The notes under the pieces were generated by a model, which was given only the letters and a program-made list of their open reading frames with translations, made no database searches and was not told the DNA's origin. A DNA stretch of 64,000 nucleotides, from positions 1 to 64,000 of IMG/VR virus record IMGVR_UViG_3300020185_000013. One strand, 5' to 3'. Every line of letters begins with the position of its first letter. The stretch's first letter is position 1. This DNA is from a virus. Of the stretch, positions 1-8,169 are shown one piece after another. The position numbers and the translations under genes are program-made.

Positions 1-243
1 TAAAGGTCACAAAGGAAATAATGGTGCTACTGGAGCTCAAGGAGCTCAAGGTCCTCAAGGTCCTAAAGGAAACACTGGTAACACAGGTGCTCAAGGTCCA
101 CAAGGTCCTGGAGGAGGTCAAGGTCCACAAGGTGTTAAAGGTCACAAAGGAAATAATGGTGCTACTGGAGCTCAAGGAGCTCAAGGTCCTCAAGGTCCTA
201 AAGGAAACACTGGTAACACAGGTGCTCAAGGTCCACAAGGTCC
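1..243 (+). repeat. Direct repeat with 135-bp period inside the collagen region; a second block (about 428-493) recurs 180 bp later
   Basis: nt 1-108 recur at 136-243; nt 428-493 recur near-identically at 608-673. Confidence 0.85.
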
Positions 244-1204
244 AGGCGGTCCAGGCGGTCCACAAGGTACTAAAGGTGCTACAGGTGCTCAAGGAGCTCA
301 AGGAGCTCAAGGTCCTAAAGGTAACACTGGTAGTACTGGTGCTCAAGGTCCACAAGGTCCTGGAGGCCCAACTGGAGCTCAAGGAGCACAAGGTCCACAA
401 GGTGTTAAAGGTCACAAAGGAAATACTGGTGCTACTGGTCCTAAAGGTAGTACAGGTTCTACCGGCCCTGGAGGTCCTGGAGGTCCAACTGGTGCACAAG
501 GAGCACAAGGTCCACAAGGTCCAGGCGGCCCAGGCGGTCCAACCGGCCCTGGAGGTCCAACTGGTCCAACTGGAGCTCAAGGAGCACAAGGTGCACAAGG
601 AGCACAAGGTGCTACTGGTCCTAAAGGTAATACAGGTTCTACCGGCCCTGGAGGTCCTGGAGGTCCAACTGGTCCAACTGGTGCACAAGGAGCTACTGGT
701 CCAACTGGTGCACAAGGAGCTACTGGTATGGTATTTGGATCTCTTCAATATCCAGTAGACGAAATACAGTATGGCGGCAACGGCGATATCGTGCAAGTCA
801 CTAACACAGGTCCAATTGCCGGAACTAGTAATCCAGGTATAAGTGCTGAAACTTCTGGACCTCTTGCAAATGCTGGTTTTAGGATAAATACTACCGGTGT
901 TTATATGATTCACTATAGTATAACATTCAGATCATTTTACGCAAACAGGTCAGTTGTTGGTGTTTTAATGAAAGCAGGAGATGTTAACGGGGTTAACTCC
1001 GCTGTTTATGGTTCTGCAAACGTACAGTATTTAAGATACAATACCTATGGCCAATGGAGTACAGTTTCGTCAACCTTTACAGTTGACCTTTCTGCTAACC
1101 AATCAATTTGGTTAGAAACTGTATTATTAAACGGATCCGGTCCTTTCCAAGTTACGGCGGTAGGTGGAGCACCATCAACATTGACAATAACTAGAATTGC
1201 ATAA
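2..1204 (+). CDS. Collagen-like fibre protein (5' truncated): about 80 Gly-X-Y triplets plus a C-terminal C1q/BclA-CTD-like beta domain
   Basis: Frame starting at nt 2 reads [22 protein letters not shown]... without a stop to nt 724 and is in frame with the 728..1204 ORF, whose beta-rich tail ([17 protein letters not shown]...LTITRIA) resembles C1q/BclA trimerisation domains. Confidence 0.92.
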   Translation, partial: KGHKGNNGATGAQGAQGPQGPKGNTGNTGAQGPQGPGGGQGPQGVKGHKGNNGATGAQGAQGPQGPKGNTGNTGAQGPQGPGGPGGPQGTKGATGAQGAQGAQGPKGNTGSTGAQGPQGPGGPTGAQGAQGPQGVKGHKGNTGATGPKGSTGSTGPGGPGGPTGAQGAQGPQGPGGPGGPTGPGGPTGPTGAQGAQGAQGAQGATGPKGNTGSTGPGGPGGPTGPTGAQGATGPTGAQGATGMVFGSLQYPVDEIQYGGNGDIVQVTNTGPIAGTSNPGISAETSGPLANAGFRINTTGVYMIHYSITFRSFYANRSVVGVLMKAGDVNGVNSAVYGSANVQYLRYNTYGQWSTVSSTFTVDLSANQSIWLETVLLNGSGPFQVTAVGGAPSTLTITRIA

Positions 1205-1219
1205 AAATAAACTACTAAG

Positions 1220-1408
1220 ATGACAACAATTAATTATTATATCGAAGATTTATCTACTGGGTTGGTAGTTATGAACGCTGGAGAGATGAAACAATATACA
1301 CCCGGTTGCGATGCTAAAAAGTTTACTTCATATGAAGATGCAACCTCTCATATTGATACTCTAGCAAATGGAGAATATAGAGTTTTTTCTAGGATTGTAA
1401 AATCTTAA
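1220..1408 (+). CDS. Hypothetical protein (62 aa) directly after the fibre gene
   Basis: ATG ORF between fibre gene and terminator. Confidence 0.7.
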   Translation: MTTINYYIEDLSTGLVVMNAGEMKQYTPGCDAKKFTSYEDATSHIDTLANGEYRVFSRIVKS

Positions 1409-1430
1409 TCAAGCTTAAATTTAGAATAGA

Positions 1431-1458
1431 AGGGTCCCAGCAATGGGACCCTTTTTTT
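1431..1458 (+). terminator. Intrinsic terminator
   Basis: AGGGTCCC-agcaat-GGGACCCT followed by a T run. Confidence 0.85.
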
Positions 1459-1460
1459 GT

Positions 1461-1487
1461 AAACAATTAGAAGAAGATACATATAAT
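1461..1487 (+). promoter_or_regulatory. Putative class II promoter AAAC-N16-ATATAAT for the modification operon
   Basis: Same motif and 16-nt spacer at 5748, 10534, 21648, 61684, 61834. Confidence 0.65.
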
Positions 1488-1504
1488 ATCTAAACAATAT
1501 TTTA

Positions 1505-2089
1505 ATGTACAAATTTGATCAACCCTACAATGACCCTCAAAACTACTATTGGTATAAAGAGGGATTCACCAAAGAGGAACTAGAAAAGATTTATAATGAC
1601 CTTGAAGGGGTACCTTTTCAAGATGCTACTATTCTAGGTTCAGACGAGACTCCAAAAGAGGTTCGTAGCTCTAGAATTAAATGGATTCCAATGAATGAAG
1701 ATTGGAGTTGGCTATACCAAAAACTAATGGATATGGCGACAACTGCAAACGATCAGCTTTGGAACTTTGATTTAATTTCAGCAGAAGAAAACATCCAATA
1801 CACAGAATATCTTGCAGAAGATGAAGGTCATTATACATGGCACCAGGATATCGGTCCTGGAGATGCTTCTCTCCGCAAAGTTTCTCTTACAGTTCAGCTC
1901 TCAGATCCTGAAGAATACGAAGGTGGAGATTTAGAAATGTGGCAAGGTGGACAGGCAATGCAGACTGCAGAGCGAGGAGCTGGTGTAGTTTTTATCTTTC
2001 CAAGTTATATGATGCACAGGGTTACTCCAGTTACAAAGGGCAAACGTCGTAGTTTTGTACTTTGGGTAGGAGGTCAACACTATAAATAA
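1505..2089 (+). CDS. 2OG-Fe(II) oxygenase, PKHD/prolyl-4-hydroxylase-like
   Basis: HxD (WHQDIG), YEGGDL, distal His and Arg (MMHRVTPVTKGKRRSFVLW). Confidence 0.88.
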   Translation: MYKFDQPYNDPQNYYWYKEGFTKEELEKIYNDLEGVPFQDATILGSDETPKEVRSSRIKWIPMNEDWSWLYQKLMDMATTANDQLWNFDLISAEENIQYTEYLAEDEGHYTWHQDIGPGDASLRKVSLTVQLSDPEEYEGGDLEMWQGGQAMQTAERGAGVVFIFPSYMMHRVTPVTKGKRRSFVLWVGGQHYK

Positions 2090-3118
2090 ATGAGAGTACT
2101 ACTCTACACTGGTTATTTTGCAAAACCATGGAGTCCCTATAATATGGAAGGGCTTGGTGGTTCTGAAATTGCAGTCGTTCAGATAGCTGAGCGACTTGCC
2201 CGTTTTGGATGGCAAGTTGTAGTTTCAGGAAATGTTGAGGATGGAAACTGGAACGGAGTAGAATGGATTAGTACCCCAAAAATGCACCAAAAATACTTTG
2301 ATAAATTTGACGTAATTATTGGTGTAAGTTATATTCATTTTGTATTTGAGTTTGAAGACTATTCTGCGAAAAAGTTATTTTGGATCCACAACACAGATTT
2401 CTATCCTTGGTATATGGGATCCGAGATAGATGACCCAGAAACTCTGCTTACAACTGGTGAAATCGATGGATTTATATGCTTAACTAATTGGCATAAAGAA
2501 CAATGGTCTCAGAAGTACTCTCTAGATCCTGAAACGTTCCATGTGATTGGTAATGGAATAGACACAGAAACTTTTGTTGGTCATTCTCCAAAGGTAAAAG
2601 GCAGATTTATATGGAGTTCTGCACCAGAAAGAGGTTTATCTGAGCTTCTTGATTTCTGGCCAACTATTAAACAGAGTATGCAGCATGCAACACTACATGT
2701 ATATTCTCCAGGATATCAAATTGCCAGACGAGAAGATTGGACTGGACATGAATTAGTCGATGTTGAGTTTATGGGTTCAGTTTCCCAACATGAGCTTCAT
2801 AGAGCAATGGGAGATGCAGAATACTGGATGTACTTAACTTCATATGAAGAGACATATTGTATAACTGCTCTTGAAATACAAAAGGCTGGAGTTTTCCCAA
2901 TTACGACTAATACCGCGGCGCTTAATGAGACTGTAAACTCTGGAATTATTTTAGATGACAATAAACAAAAGTGGAATATCGCCATACAATTATTAACTGA
3001 AATGAGTATTGGCCTAAAGGAAAAGGTTTTAGAATCTAATAATGATTGGATTAAGAGACAAACCTGGAACTCTAGGTCGTATGATTGGAAAAAGTTAATT
3101 GAAGATATATGCAACTAG
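2090..3118 (+). CDS. GT-B fold (GT4-like) glycosyltransferase
   Basis: N-terminal GLGGSE motif, VIGNGID, WSSAPERGL, E-x7-E motif (ETYCITALE). Confidence 0.85.
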   Translation: MRVLLYTGYFAKPWSPYNMEGLGGSEIAVVQIAERLARFGWQVVVSGNVEDGNWNGVEWISTPKMHQKYFDKFDVIIGVSYIHFVFEFEDYSAKKLFWIHNTDFYPWYMGSEIDDPETLLTTGEIDGFICLTNWHKEQWSQKYSLDPETFHVIGNGIDTETFVGHSPKVKGRFIWSSAPERGLSELLDFWPTIKQSMQHATLHVYSPGYQIARREDWTGHELVDVEFMGSVSQHELHRAMGDAEYWMYLTSYEETYCITALEIQKAGVFPITTNTAALNETVNSGIILDDNKQKWNIAIQLLTEMSIGLKEKVLESNNDWIKRQTWNSRSYDWKKLIEDICN

Positions 3119-4455
3119 ATAAAATATACGTAATTGCTCTTAATCCTACACAGGAAAAGATTGATGATATCGTTAATCGCCTAAAAGATTTAGGAATTAG
3201 CGGGATTCCTTATGAAATTGTGGATGGGTTTGATGGACATAATACTCCATTACCAGAAGGCTACAATATATATGAAGGCTGGGCAATTCCAGATGGATGG
3301 AACGAATGGTGGAAAGAACCAGTAAAACCAGGAGAGGTTGGATGTGCCATTAGTCATATTAATGTATGGAACCAAACTATCGAAGAGGGACACCAAAGAG
3401 TTCTTATTTTAGAAGAGGACTTCAAGGTTGGGCGCCCATTAAATGAACTCACCGATCAAGAATTGATAGGACATCAATATCCAAATTGGGATCTTTGTTA
3501 TTTGGGTAGATTTGTTTTTGAAGATGAAGAACAAGAAAAACTTACAACAAATCTCATTAAACCAGGAAATTCATATACGACACATGCATATATGATTACT
3601 AGAGAAGGGGCTCAAAAACTAGTAGATGGTAACTTACAAACTAATATTATTCCAGTCGATGAATATATTCCAGCACTTTATATGGGACATCGTAGAGAAG
3701 ATATTAATGCGATATTTAGTAAATCAATGACTGCAATTTCAGTTAATAAAGACTGGATCACCCAAACATCAAATGCCAATAACTCAACGGTTGGGCATAT
3801 AGATTATAATAAACAAGAAATGAACGAAACCTACTTTGAAATCTTAGATGATTCTAACTGGGAGGCTTGGCTAGACAAATATGTCGACCCAACTATTAGA
3901 AGACATCAATGGGACCTAATTGTCGATGAGCACAGAGACACAAATATCTTTGAGTTTCCGCTATTTACCCAAAAGTTCTGTGATGAGGCAGTAGCCCTTT
4001 CAGAAGCAAAAGATAATTGGACAATTGATAGACATAATGCATATCCAACTAATGATGTACTTTTACAAGACATTGAGTTAAATGACGTTTACAATCGAGT
4101 ACTTCGCGAAATTGTCTATCCACTTTGTATTCACCTTTGGGAACTAGAAGGACCAGGATACGATGATATGTATAGTGAGAACTTCCTAGCTCGATATACA
4201 ATGGATCGTCAATCTCACCTTTCACTTCACCATGATTTTAGTAACATTACAATGGTTGTAAAACTAAATGATGAGTTTGATTGTGGTGGTACCTGGTTCC
4301 CTAAATATAAAGTACTATCTAATCCAAAACGAGTAGGTACAGCAACACTACACCCTGGATTAGTAACACATCTTCACGGAGCACGTCCAATTACAGCTGG
4401 TAAAAGATACATCACGGTATCGTTTATGCGCAAACATGAAGGTGGTACTCTGTGA
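3109..4455 (+). CDS. Bifunctional GT25 (COLGALT-like) glycosyltransferase / PLOD-like 2OG-Fe(II) lysyl hydroxylase
   Basis: N-half: IYVIAL, GEVGCAISHINVW, LILEED, WDLCYLGR, SYTTHAYMITREGAQKL, IPVDEYIP; C-half: FPLFTQKFCDE, YPTND, FLARY, LSLHHDFS, GGTWF, LHPGLVTHLHG, GKRYITVSF. Confidence 0.88.
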   Translation: MQLDKIYVIALNPTQEKIDDIVNRLKDLGISGIPYEIVDGFDGHNTPLPEGYNIYEGWAIPDGWNEWWKEPVKPGEVGCAISHINVWNQTIEEGHQRVLILEEDFKVGRPLNELTDQELIGHQYPNWDLCYLGRFVFEDEEQEKLTTNLIKPGNSYTTHAYMITREGAQKLVDGNLQTNIIPVDEYIPALYMGHRREDINAIFSKSMTAISVNKDWITQTSNANNSTVGHIDYNKQEMNETYFEILDDSNWEAWLDKYVDPTIRRHQWDLIVDEHRDTNIFEFPLFTQKFCDEAVALSEAKDNWTIDRHNAYPTNDVLLQDIELNDVYNRVLREIVYPLCIHLWELEGPGYDDMYSENFLARYTMDRQSHLSLHHDFSNITMVVKLNDEFDCGGTWFPKYKVLSNPKRVGTATLHPGLVTHLHGARPITAGKRYITVSFMRKHEGGTL

Positions 4456-4461
4456 TATATA
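4454..4461 (+). promoter_or_regulatory. Putative late promoter (G/A)ATATATA
   Basis: Recurs upstream of virion and capsid-targeted genes (7695, 12708, 18393, 21043, 26474, 33314, 34661, 48288, 60561). Confidence 0.6.
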
Positions 4462-4465
4462 GATT

Positions 4466-5410
4466 ATGAATAGAATAAAGACATTTGACCAGTTTATAAA
4501 TGAGGCTAATGGAGATACTGATCTTCATAAGGTTTATTTATGTGTTGACCCAAAGAGTGGCCAGAGATGGCTAACAAATAAAGGGTTTGCTGGTAGCAAA
4601 TTCTTTGTTCAGATTAATCTTGAAAATTACAAGGACTTGGAAATAAACCCGGCCTTTCCAGTCCTAAACTATAACTCTGGAGTAACTCAAAAGTTATTAG
4701 ATGAGGGTCTAATTAAGAGTGAGAATGTTTATAACCACCCAAAATACATTAAACAATCTGGCTCAAAAGAAAAGTTCCATAAGATTCTAGAAGGAGATGA
4801 CAGCGTACCTGAAACTTGTTACTCTAAGGAAGATGCAATTAAGATGGGCTTTCCAATTATCGCTAAACCAAAAGAGGGCCACAGTGGAATTGGAATTCAA
4901 ATCTTCAAAGATGCTGAATCTTTTGAAAAGGCAGACCACTCTAACTTTGATGTATATTCTCAGTTCATTGATAAGAAGAGCGAATACAGAATGTTCTTAT
5001 TTAAAGGAGAACCATGGTTCTGGATGGAGCGTAATCCAATGAACGACAAGGCAAAAAGCGGGGACGGCGATGGTAAAGAACAAATGGAGTTTAAGTACAT
5101 TAAACACCCAGTTGAGAAACTACCAGATAATCTAAAAGAAACAGCAGTTAGACTATCAGGTAAGTTTGATTTACCCTACATTTGCTTTGATTTAATGGAG
5201 GACCAAGACGGTAAGGTATATGTAATTGAGAGCAACTCACAACCTGGAGTTCCTTTCGATTCTACTGTCCAGGCTTATAAGTTAATATTTAAGGATTTTT
5301 ACGGCAGAGAGGTTCAAGAAAAGGACATGCAGAAACTACAAGAGTACTCTGATTACTTGAACGATCGAACGCTAGAGTTAGATCCAGAACGATTTGAGAT
5401 TAAAAAATAA
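4466..5410 (+). CDS. RimK-like ATP-grasp ligase with N-terminal capsid-targeting-like sequence
   Basis: FPIIAKPKEGHSGIGI, SQFI..KSEYR, CFDLM, VIESNSQPG; N-terminus MNRIKTFDQFINE. Confidence 0.82.
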   Translation: MNRIKTFDQFINEANGDTDLHKVYLCVDPKSGQRWLTNKGFAGSKFFVQINLENYKDLEINPAFPVLNYNSGVTQKLLDEGLIKSENVYNHPKYIKQSGSKEKFHKILEGDDSVPETCYSKEDAIKMGFPIIAKPKEGHSGIGIQIFKDAESFEKADHSNFDVYSQFIDKKSEYRMFLFKGEPWFWMERNPMNDKAKSGDGDGKEQMEFKYIKHPVEKLPDNLKETAVRLSGKFDLPYICFDLMEDQDGKVYVIESNSQPGVPFDSTVQAYKLIFKDFYGREVQEKDMQKLQEYSDYLNDRTLELDPERFEIKK

Positions 5411-5415
5411 AGAAT

Positions 5416-5643
5416 ATGGGACATCCTGACATGAAATGTATGTATGTTAACGTGTGGATTCACCACATGCAAGTTGACGAATTATTTGACTTTTTAAACG
5501 GCAGAATAGATGAAGCGCCACCATACTGGCTTAATCATCACGATACGCCATATTCGGTAACTGGTGGCTACATCATGATTTCACTACCATATGATTCTTA
5601 CTCAAATCTTCGTTTTAACCGTGGCTGGGACGAAACAAGATAA
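5416..5643 (+). CDS. Hypothetical protein
   Basis: ATG ORF closely following the ATP-grasp gene. Confidence 0.65.
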   Translation: MGHPDMKCMYVNVWIHHMQVDELFDFLNGRIDEAPPYWLNHHDTPYSVTGGYIMISLPYDSYSNLRFNRGWDETR

Positions 5644-5646
5644 ATT

Positions 5647-5754
5647 ATGAAACAAGAAAGAAAGAACTTCCTATTAAACCATAAAGGAAAGAAGTTCAAA
5701 GCAAACACACTATTTGGAATTGTATTGAAATTCCTATTGAAGAAAAGAAACTAA
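5647..5754 (+). CDS. Small basic hypothetical protein (35 aa, not in ORF track)
   Basis: MKQERKNFLLNHKGKKFKANTLFGIVLKFLLKKRN fills the gap before the hairpin. Confidence 0.45.
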   Translation: MKQERKNFLLNHKGKKFKANTLFGIVLKFLLKKRN

Positions 5755-5803
5755 TAGAATACTCTTCATATAATAAGCGTCTAACTTAGGTTAGGCGCTT
5801 TTT
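5748..5803 (+). promoter_or_regulatory. Class II promoter (5748-5774) abutting a terminator hairpin (5775-5803)
   Basis: AAAC-N16-ATATAAT then AAGCGTCTAAC-ttag-GTTAGGCGCTT-TTT. Confidence 0.65.
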
Positions 5804-5817
5804 AAGTTTATAAGGAT

Positions 5818-6564
5818 ATGTACGAAGTTAGTGAATTAAAACAAATGGTCTTTATCGATATTGAGACCACTACAGGTAAGGCAACCTACCAGGATGTAAT
5901 CGATGAAAACCCAGCACTTGATCAGTATTGGCAATTGAAACATAATCAACTGAAGTCAAGTGAACCAGAGAACTTAACAGACATTACTGAACCGTCTGAG
6001 ATGTACCCACGAATGGCAGCACTTTACCCAGAATGGGGTAAGATTGTTTGTATCTCAATAGGTCAAATTAAGTTTACTGAAGATGGAGACCCGGTAGACT
6101 TTAGTGCTAAATCTTTTTATAACGACGACGAGGCAACACTACTAGAGGAATTTAACGAAACTGCTCGTAAAATTATGAGTAAGTACCCTAACATGATTTG
6201 GGTAGGTCATAATATCAAGGGCTTCGATTTGCCATATATTTTACGTAGATCACTAGTACATCAAATCAAGGTACCAAGAGCTTTTTATCTACATAAGCAA
6301 AAGCCTTGGGAAAACTGCCTTCTTGACACACAAGATGTTTGGAAGTTTGGAAGTTGGAATAGCGCAAAGCTGGGTCTAATTTCTGAAATCTTAAATATTC
6401 CAAGTCCAAAACAAGATTTAGAGGGTAGTATGGTATCTCAAGTCTATTGGGAAGGAGGCAATCTAGCAAGAATTAAAGATTACTGTGAGATGGATATTAA
6501 AGCAACTGCGAACGTAATGTTGCGAGTTTCATATCTGCCGATTCTAGAAGACTCTCCGTTCTAA
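5818..6564 (+). CDS. DEDDy 3'-5' exonuclease (stand-alone PolB-exo-like)
   Basis: FIDIETT, GHNIKGFDLPY, LLDTQDVW, YCEMD. Confidence 0.88.
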   Translation: MYEVSELKQMVFIDIETTTGKATYQDVIDENPALDQYWQLKHNQLKSSEPENLTDITEPSEMYPRMAALYPEWGKIVCISIGQIKFTEDGDPVDFSAKSFYNDDEATLLEEFNETARKIMSKYPNMIWVGHNIKGFDLPYILRRSLVHQIKVPRAFYLHKQKPWENCLLDTQDVWKFGSWNSAKLGLISEILNIPSPKQDLEGSMVSQVYWEGGNLARIKDYCEMDIKATANVMLRVSYLPILEDSPF

Positions 6565-6657
6565 AGACAAAATGTCATTTGTGAATCATTTAATATGACT
6601 TTCTGTCATTATATGGTTGTATAATATGTAAATGTGTCACCCTTGTGAAACTGGCAC
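6565..6657 (+). promoter_or_regulatory. Three phased TGAC-N5-GTCA-like sites (31-bp period) plus TGGCAC upstream of hsp20
   Basis: AGACAAAATGTCA 6565, TGACTTTCTGTCA 6596, TGTAAATGTGTCA 6627. Confidence 0.5.
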
Positions 6658-6720
6658 ACTTTTTTAGCTATAGTATATGTCTAATGATAGACGTAAACTA
6701 TTAAACTAAAACAATATATT

Positions 6721-7050
6721 ATGTACAACACAAACATTTTTGATTTATTTGATGACACGTTCTTTGGTACTAAAACAAGAACTGCAATGAGTGTTAACGG
6801 TAAAACCTACGAAATGGCTCTGCCTGGATTTTCAAAAGATGACATTAATGTCGAAGTTGAGGGCAGAATTCTAACAGTATCTGCTGAGGTTGAAGAAAAA
6901 GAAGAGACTAAATGGAGATACTCATTTAACAAAAGATTTGAGTTACCTAATAGCGTAGATCCTGAAGCAGTTGAAGGTAAGATGGAAAACGGACTGCTTT
7001 CGATCACGTTTGGCAAATCGAAAGAGGCCACAAAGATTTCAATTTTGTAA
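6721..7050 (+). CDS. Small heat shock protein (Hsp20/alpha-crystallin)
   Basis: MALPGFSKDDINVEVEGRILTVSA, FNKRFELP..VD, MENGLLSI. Confidence 0.92.
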   Translation: MYNTNIFDLFDDTFFGTKTRTAMSVNGKTYEMALPGFSKDDINVEVEGRILTVSAEVEEKEETKWRYSFNKRFELPNSVDPEAVEGKMENGLLSITFGKSKEATKISIL

Positions 7051-7068
7051 AAAAGTTGAAAAAAAGTT

Positions 7069-7110
7069 AGCCGGCATTTTTTTATGTCGGCTTTTTTTAT
7101 TATATTTGTA
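7069..7110 (+). promoter_or_regulatory. Class I (early-type) promoter/stem-loop cassette, copy 1
   Basis: TTTTTTATGTC-N12-TATATTTG within hairpin AGCCGGCA...TGTCGGCT plus T run. Confidence 0.75.
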
Positions 7111-7134
7111 TAGTTAAACAACAATAAATAAACT

Positions 7135-7335
7135 ATGGACGTTGGAGATTGGATCGTTCCGATGAACGGTAAAGAAATCGTAAGAATTGTAGCAGTTGAA
7201 GACTATGCAATTGAAGAGATACAGGATGGAATTATCCCGATCTATTTTACATCTGATGGTAGAGCTTACGAACGTGAAGACTTTATTACAATGGATGAGG
7301 CTTATCAATACGAAAAATTAATAGAACAATTATGA
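7135..7335 (+). CDS. Hypothetical protein
   Basis: ATG ORF downstream of class I cassette. Confidence 0.7.
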   Translation: MDVGDWIVPMNGKEIVRIVAVEDYAIEEIQDGIIPIYFTSDGRAYEREDFITMDEAYQYEKLIEQL

Positions 7336-7619
7336 GTGCATTTGATGATTTCCTAGAAGAAAGCAATGAGGAGTTTAACTCAAAGCTTGAAGAATGGCAA
7401 GAGCGTTTGATGATTAGCGCAATTGAGACTAACTTTGAAAAGATTAAAGAGAACGGCATTAGTGACTGGCACCTTCGCAATATGGACACTAATGAACTTA
7501 AAAATCTTGACAACACTCTTAATATTATGCTCGAACACTACGAGAATCTTGAAGAGTACGAAAAGTGTAAAGTTGTATTTGATACACTACAACAAATAAA
7601 AGAGGTTCAAGTGGTCTAA
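7332..7619 (+). CDS. Hypothetical protein with C-terminal UVR-like motif
   Basis: HYENLEEYEKCKVV; ATGA overlap with upstream gene. Confidence 0.7.
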   Translation: MSAFDDFLEESNEEFNSKLEEWQERLMISAIETNFEKIKENGISDWHLRNMDTNELKNLDNTLNIMLEHYENLEEYEKCKVVFDTLQQIKEVQVV

Positions 7620-7664
7620 GATAAATAGTATGAGGGTGCTATCTAGCCCTCATGGCCCCCGTCG

Positions 7665-7694
7665 AAGAGGATCCCAAGTGGGTCCTCTTTTTTT
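7665..7694 (+). terminator. Intrinsic terminator
   Basis: AAGAGGAtCCC-aagt-GGGTCCTCTT plus T run. Confidence 0.75.
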
Positions 7695-7706
7695 GATATA
7701 TAGAAT

Positions 7707-7973
7707 ATGAAACACGTAAAACTATTTGAGGAATTCAGAGCTGATCTGAAAGACGAAGACGAAAGAATGATAAAGATTCGTCATTTTCAAGGTTCTGTAA
7801 GAGACCTTGATGATTGGTTACGTGACAAGATCGGCGAAACAAATCCATATAAAGATACTATAATGGTAAATGGACCACACCAAGGTGAAAAAGATCAGTC
7901 ATTGCCGTATCAAGATTACCAGAATGGAAAGTCTATGCTTATAAAGAACAGATATGGAAGAGAAAACAGCTAA
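7707..7973 (+). CDS. Putative internal head protein (capsid-targeting-like N-terminus)
   Basis: MKHVKLFEEF; GATATATA at 7695. Confidence 0.7.
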   Translation: MKHVKLFEEFRADLKDEDERMIKIRHFQGSVRDLDDWLRDKIGETNPYKDTIMVNGPHQGEKDQSLPYQDYQNGKSMLIKNRYGRENS

Positions 7974-8169
7974 AGAATTAGTAAAGCAACTTACCAGAAT
8001 TGCTGACGCTCTAGAAAAATCGAACACATTAGAATCAGTTCGCGAAAAGAGACGTATTAAGCTTGAAAAACTAGAAGAAAAGAATCTTAAAGCAGATCTT
8101 CTAGAAAAGGTCAAAGTAGACCCAGAAAAAGTTATTCAGACATCACCTAGACTTGAAAGTGAAGAATGA
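7954..8169 (+). CDS. Hypothetical coiled-coil protein
   Basis: Overlapping ATG ORF. Confidence 0.65.
   Translation: MEEKTAKELVKQLTRIADALEKSNTLESVREKRRIKLEKLEEKNLKADLLEKVKVDPEKVIQTSPRLESEE

Noticed and set aside
21-758. 245-aa VLKVHKV-repeat ORF in the track
   Set aside because: Frame-shifted shadow of the collagen repeat; the Gly-X-Y frame is continuous with 728..1204
1505-4455. Oxygenase plus glycosyltransferase operon as a DNA hypermodification (TET/JBP plus glucosyltransferase) system
   Set aside because: The oxygenases resemble PKHD/P4H and PLOD rather than TET/JBP, the GT25 is COLGALT-like and the neighbour is a collagen; not formally excluded for the GT-B enzyme
6652-6668. Canonical sigma-54 promoter before hsp20
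   Set aside because: TGGCAC is present but GG-to-GC spacing is 12 nt rather than 10; kept only as part of the operator-array observation
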